20,000 nucleotides of DNA from an uncultured virus (IMG/VR IMGVR_UViG_3300032287_003803). Lineage: Duplodnaviria > Heunggongvirae > Uroviricota > Caudoviricetes. Where the stretch lies: IMG/VR virus record IMGVR_UViG_3300032287_003803. The stretch is one strand, 5' to 3'. The position numbers and the translations under genes were made by a program. A model generated the notes under the pieces. That model was not told the DNA's origin, searched no databases, and was given only the letters and a program-made list of their open reading frames with translations. This document shows positions 17,546 through 20,000 of this stretch, piece by piece; within the stretch, counting starts at the first letter, position 1; every line of letters begins with the position of its first letter.

Positions 17546-17750
17546 CTAAGCCTAGGCTAGGAAACTCTTAAGCCCCTTAAGTGGGGAGCCTAAGAACTTT
17601 ACCTAGGCCAGGGGGCCTGGGGTAGGTAAAATTCCTAAGACTCTAAGCCTAGTTCTCCTAAGACAATCCCTTGCCTTTCCCTAAGACGATTCTCTTGTCA
17701 AGAGAAACAAAAGAAATCTTTTCTGCAATCTTGGCATGATAATTTCCATA
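17546..17750 (+). repeat. Composite intergenic element B
   Basis: 33-bp palindrome TTTACCTA-gg-CCAGG-ggg-CCTGG-gg-TAGGTAAA at 17598-17630, followed by ATTCCTAAGACTCT. About a dozen CTAAG/CTAG/CTTAAG motifs, a TTCTCTTG-T-CAAGAGAA palindrome (17690-17706) and CTGCAATCTTGGCATGATAATTTC. Confidence 0.85.
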
Positions 17751-17783
17751 GATGAAAAAGATTAAAACAGAATAAAAAAGAGT

Positions 17784-17811
17784 TTGCAGTTCTCTTGCCA
17801 TGTGGCATAAT
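17784..17811 (+). promoter_or_regulatory. Early promoter TTGCAG-N16-CATAAT (extended TG)
   Basis: Ends 5 nt before the ATG at 17817. Confidence 0.65.
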
Positions 17812-17816
17812 AAGTC

Positions 17817-18095
17817 ATGGAAACGAAAACACTGCTTACAAACGAACAAGTTCTGGCCCTTCTCAACAACGTCGCCCCCCGCGCCGTTACCATCACGAAA
17901 GATGAAACTCCGCTGGAAAACATTCTCGCTTCTCTCACTTCTTTCAACTACGAGAAAGAGGACGGCGTGACTCGCGTGGAAGGCGCAACTTTCCAGCACG
18001 TTGCAATCTCCAAGAACACTGGCAAGCAATACGCCACGTTCAAGACATCCGATGGAAAGTTCAAGTCTTTCTTCACTGCTCAAATTCAGTTTTAA
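17817..18095 (+). CDS. Hypothetical 92-aa protein
   Basis: Clean ORF with its own promoter. Weak similarity to the ORF starting at 19758. Confidence 0.8.
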   Translation: METKTLLTNEQVLALLNNVAPRAVTITKDETPLENILASLTSFNYEKEDGVTRVEGATFQHVAISKNTGKQYATFKTSDGKFKSFFTAQIQF

Positions 18096-18329
18096 TTTGC
18101 CAAGCCAGAAAAACCTGCTACTCTAAAAACATGAAAAAACTTCTTCGCGACTGTTCTGTTCTTGTTGATAAAGGCTCTCACTGCGGAGACGGCTGCTGCT
18201 GGAACTCTTCTTGGGAAAGTGAAAAATTTGCCGCTGGTGAAGAATTTAATGACGATTGGCTTTCTGATTTTTCCGATCTTGAAGAAGGCGTTGATTTTGT
18301 CCAACTTTAATTTGCCAAGCCAGAAAAAC
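18091..18329 (+). repeat. 24-bp direct repeat pair (18091-18114 and 18306-18329), each carrying a stop codon and a TTGCCA -35
   Basis: TTTAATTTGCCAAGCCAGAAAAAC occurs exactly twice. The -10 elements TACTCT (18119) and TACCTT (18334) are both at N16. Confidence 0.9.
18131..18310 (+). CDS. Cys-containing acidic 59-aa protein (not in the ORF track)
   Basis: MKKLLRDCSVLVDKGSHCGDGCCWNSSWESEKFAAGEEFNDDWLSDFSDLEEGVDFVQL*. ATG is 6 nt after the -10. Confidence 0.75.
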   Translation: MKKLLRDCSVLVDKGSHCGDGCCWNSSWESEKFAAGEEFNDDWLSDFSDLEEGVDFVQL

Positions 18330-18346
18330 TCTTTACCTTCTAACCT

Positions 18347-18604
18347 ATGGAAAACTTGAAACAAATCAAAAGAGAATTGAGCGGCGAAACTTTGCGCACT
18401 GCTAAAAAAGCGGCGAAAAAAGAAAATGTTTGTGTCGATACTTTGCTTTGGCTCCTTTTGGATAATAAAAGCCGAGCGTTCTGTGATGCTCCTGAATGCG
18501 CGAAACTTGATGGCGTAATCAATGTCAAAATTCAAGACTTTTTCCATTATGTTCCCTGGGAATTAACAGAAAAAGGAAAAGACATTTTGGCCAAAACAAA
18601 ATAA
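18347..18604 (+). CDS. Hypothetical 85-aa protein
   Basis: ATG is 7 nt after the -10. The C-terminal WELTEKGKDIL resembles a winged-helix wing/terminal helix (LTxKG). Confidence 0.75.
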   Translation: MENLKQIKRELSGETLRTAKKAAKKENVCVDTLLWLLLDNKSRAFCDAPECAKLDGVINVKIQDFFHYVPWELTEKGKDILAKTK

Positions 18605-18612
18605 AAAAACCA

Positions 18613-18640
18613 TTGCGCGAATCTTTTTTTCTGTTACCTT
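18613..18640 (+). promoter_or_regulatory. Early promoter TTGCGC-N16-TACCTT (extended TG)
   Basis: 18611-18640 is 28/30 identical to 19546-19575. Ends 8 nt before the ATG at 18649. Confidence 0.75.
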
Positions 18641-18648
18641 CTAACCCC

Positions 18649-18891
18649 ATGAAAAACAAAGTCCCCATGAAAGACACCATCACAATCTCCCGCGAAACTT
18701 TTTGCACCCTGCTTTCTTTCGCTAAGCTCGAGCAGACAATCTGCGACAACAACGCAAGAAACGCTCTTAAGAAAGTCGAGGAACTACCCAACGACATTTT
18801 CTGGCAGGACTCGGTAAACTTCTGGAGGCAGGAAAGCCAGAACGCCCAAAACACCTACAAAAAAGCCCTAGAAGAAGCGCAGACGCTCTAA
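18649..18891 (+). CDS. Hypothetical 80-aa helical protein
   Basis: MKNKVPMKDTITISRETF... The ORF-track TTG start at 18613 is the -35 box. Confidence 0.75.
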   Translation: MKNKVPMKDTITISRETFCTLLSFAKLEQTICDNNARNALKKVEELPNDIFWQDSVNFWRQESQNAQNTYKKALEEAQTL

Positions 18892-18897
18892 TCGGGC

Positions 18898-18980
18898 CTC
18901 CTAGGTGGTTTACCTAGGCCAGGCCCCCTGGCATAGGTAAAATCCCTAAGACTCTTACCCTAGGAGTCTTACCTAAGAAG
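18898..18980 (+). repeat. Composite intergenic element C
   Basis: 33-bp palindrome TTTACCTA-gG-CCAGG-ccc-CCTGG-Ca-TAGGTAAA at 18909-18941, followed by ATCCCTAAGACTCT. A second hairpin AAGACTCTTA-ccc-TAGGAGTCTT lies at 18948-18970. Confidence 0.85.
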
Positions 18981-19040
18981 TCTATTTACTATTAGGAGAT
19001 TTCGAGTTTGCTATTTAGAGAATAAAAAATCATTTTTTTC

Positions 19041-19068
19041 TTGCGCGGACGAGGTAAACCGCTATTCT
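19041..19068 (+). promoter_or_regulatory. Early promoter TTGCGC-N16-TATTCT
   Basis: Ends 8 nt before the ATG at 19077. Confidence 0.7.
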
Positions 19069-19076
19069 ATAGCCCT

Positions 19077-19208
19077 ATGAACGAAATGAACTTCTCCACT
19101 ACCGCCGAAGATATGCACGCCGCCGCCGCTGAGTTCAACGAGTTTTACGACTTGTTGCGCGAGGAGGCATGGGAGCATCAAGAAGTTTCTCTCATGCAAA
19201 ACAACTAA
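19077..19208 (+). CDS. Acidic 43-aa protein (FSTTAEDMHA family, copy 2; not in the ORF track)
   Basis: MNEMNFSTTAEDMHAAAAEFNEFYDLLREEAWEHQEVSLMQNN*. Confidence 0.7.
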   Translation: MNEMNFSTTAEDMHAAAAEFNEFYDLLREEAWEHQEVSLMQNN

Positions 19209-19219
19209 ACTTAAATCTT

Positions 19220-19417
19220 ATGATGACACCCGACGAATATGATCCCCCCTCTTATGGGGGCACTCCCACGCAGGAAGCCCATGCAGAAATGACTCTTTTG
19301 TTTGGCGCGGAAAAACCAACTCGCGCTTGGATTCTTACGGACTTTGATGTGTGGGAACCGAATCCTTTTTACTGCGGGCCTCCACAGCCTCATCCAGAAG
19401 ACGATTACCATTGGTGA
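19220..19417 (+). CDS. Hypothetical 65-aa Pro/Trp-rich protein
   Basis: MMTPDEYDPP...AWILTDFDVWEPNPFYCGPPQPHPEDDYHW*. Start reassigned to follow the 19208 stop. Confidence 0.7.
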   Translation: MMTPDEYDPPSYGGTPTQEAHAEMTLLFGAEKPTRAWILTDFDVWEPNPFYCGPPQPHPEDDYHW

Positions 19418-19420
19418 GCA

Positions 19421-19522
19421 TAAGCCCTAGGAGAAATACCTAGGCCACGCCCCCTGGCGTAGGTAAAATCCCTAAGAGAAAACAAAAAAAACTTTCCTGC
19501 AATCTTGGCATGCTAATTACTA
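19421..19522 (+). repeat. Composite intergenic element D
   Basis: aaTACCTA-gG-CCAcG-ccc-CCTGG-Cg-TAGGTAAA at 19435-19467, followed by ATCCCTAAGA, an A-tract and CTGCAATCTTGGCATGCTAATTAC. Confidence 0.85.
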
Positions 19523-19547
19523 GAATAAAAACAAGTTAAAAAAGACA

Positions 19548-19575
19548 TTGCGCGAATCTCTTTTTCTGTTATCTT
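19548..19575 (+). promoter_or_regulatory. Early promoter TTGCGC-N16-TATCTT (extended TG)
   Basis: Ends 6 nt before the ATG at 19582. Confidence 0.75.
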
Positions 19576-19581
19576 GTGGCC

Positions 19582-19710
19582 ATGAAGAAAATCACATTTC
19601 GCAAGCCAAAAATCCTCTCCTTCCGTCTCTCCACTCGCAAAGTCGGCGGCATTCGTTTCGTGCGCGTGGGAAAACTTGTCTTTTCTTTCTGCGTGTCGAA
19701 AAAGGCTTGA
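19582..19710 (+). CDS. Very basic 42-aa protein (not in the ORF track)
   Basis: MKKITFRKPKILSFRLSTRKVGGIRFVRVGKLVFSFCVSKKA*, with no acidic residues. Confidence 0.7.
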   Translation: MKKITFRKPKILSFRLSTRKVGGIRFVRVGKLVFSFCVSKKA

Positions 19711-19734
19711 CTTCTCTCCTTTCTTGCTTATCTT
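19707..19734 (+). promoter_or_regulatory. Early promoter TTGACT-N16-TATCTT
   Basis: The -35 overlaps the upstream TGA stop. Same N16 geometry as the others. Confidence 0.65.
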
Positions 19735-19757
19735 ATACCCGTAACCAAAACAACACC

Positions 19758-20000
19758 ATGAAAGACCTCATCACCAAAGAAAACCTCGTCGCCCTTCTTC
19801 GTTCCAAGAAAGAAGCAGTCATTGAAGCCCTGAACAACAAGCATGTTGTTTACCTGAACGAAGGAAATTCAAGCGTCAAAACCAACGGCGTGCGCAGTTT
19901 CACCATTAAGGACATTGAAGGCGTGAACACTGGCAAAGCTGGCCGCACCTACATCACGGCCAAGGTCATCGACCATGATGACAACGACGCGGAAAAATAT
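19758..20000 (+). CDS. Hypothetical protein (3'-truncated at the window edge)
   Basis: MKDLITKENLVALLRSKKEAVIEALNNKHVVY...GKAGRTYITAKVIDHDDNDAEKY is open to the end of the window. Confidence 0.75.
   Translation, partial: MKDLITKENLVALLRSKKEAVIEALNNKHVVYLNEGNSSVKTNGVRSFTIKDIEGVNTGKAGRTYITAKVIDHDDNDAEKY

Noticed and set aside
16520..17701. Minus-strand TTGACA at 16547-16542 and 17701-17696 as leftward sigma70 promoters
   Set aside because: No plausible -10 at 16-18 bp spacing in either case.
17007..18854. Track ORFs 17007..17366 (long form), 17158..17424, 18162..18359 and the minus-strand ORFs 17658..18083, 18092..18547, 18525..18854
   Set aside because: They run through promoters or repeats, or conflict with promoter-anchored plus-strand ORFs that tile the region cleanly.
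17598..19467. Reading the 33-bp palindromic repeats as a CRISPR array
   Set aside because: Copies are 1311 and 526 bp apart and separated by genes, not by 30-40 bp spacers. No cas genes are present.
1..20000. Stop-codon reassignment (none of the called genes ends in TAG)
   Set aside because: All genes are intact under the standard code with no in-frame TAG breaks. TAG rarity alone is common in AT-rich phages.

Overview
A 20-kb piece of a tailed dsDNA phage genome (Caudoviricetes-like; host not identifiable from sequence) with two very different halves. Positions 1-15.85 kb hold a morphogenesis region. A 5'-truncated tail-tube-like gene on + converges, at a bidirectional terminator, with a long minus-strand block. 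In transcription order that block encodes: a second tail-tube-like protein, PhoH, a small membrane/coiled-coil protein, a Zn-ribbon protein, an ECF-like sigma factor with a Cys4 insert, a coiled-coil protein, a C2H2+ERCC4 nuclease, a terminase large subunit with a 406-aa LAGLIDADG intein in its Walker A region, portal, a highly charged protein, prohead protease-scaffold, decoration protein, major capsid protein and two head-completion-type genes. A recurrent GTGTAAWWTA motif lies just upstream of several of these genes and is a candidate late promoter. Positions 15.85-20 kb hold a divergent Zn-deaminase gene, a G-run-rich non-coding junction, and a + strand array of 12 tiny ORFs, several missed or mis-started by the ORF track. 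Ten of them have their own TTGCGC/TTGCCA-type-N16-YANNNT promoter, usually 5-9 nt before the ATG (leaderless). The array is punctuated by composite non-coding elements built from a 33-bp TTTACCTA..TAGGTAAA palindrome, dense CCTARG motifs and a sigma54-like box with an altered -12 element. This repeat-punctuated cassette array is the most unusual part of the window. Functional calls come from motif recognition and synteny, not from database searches.
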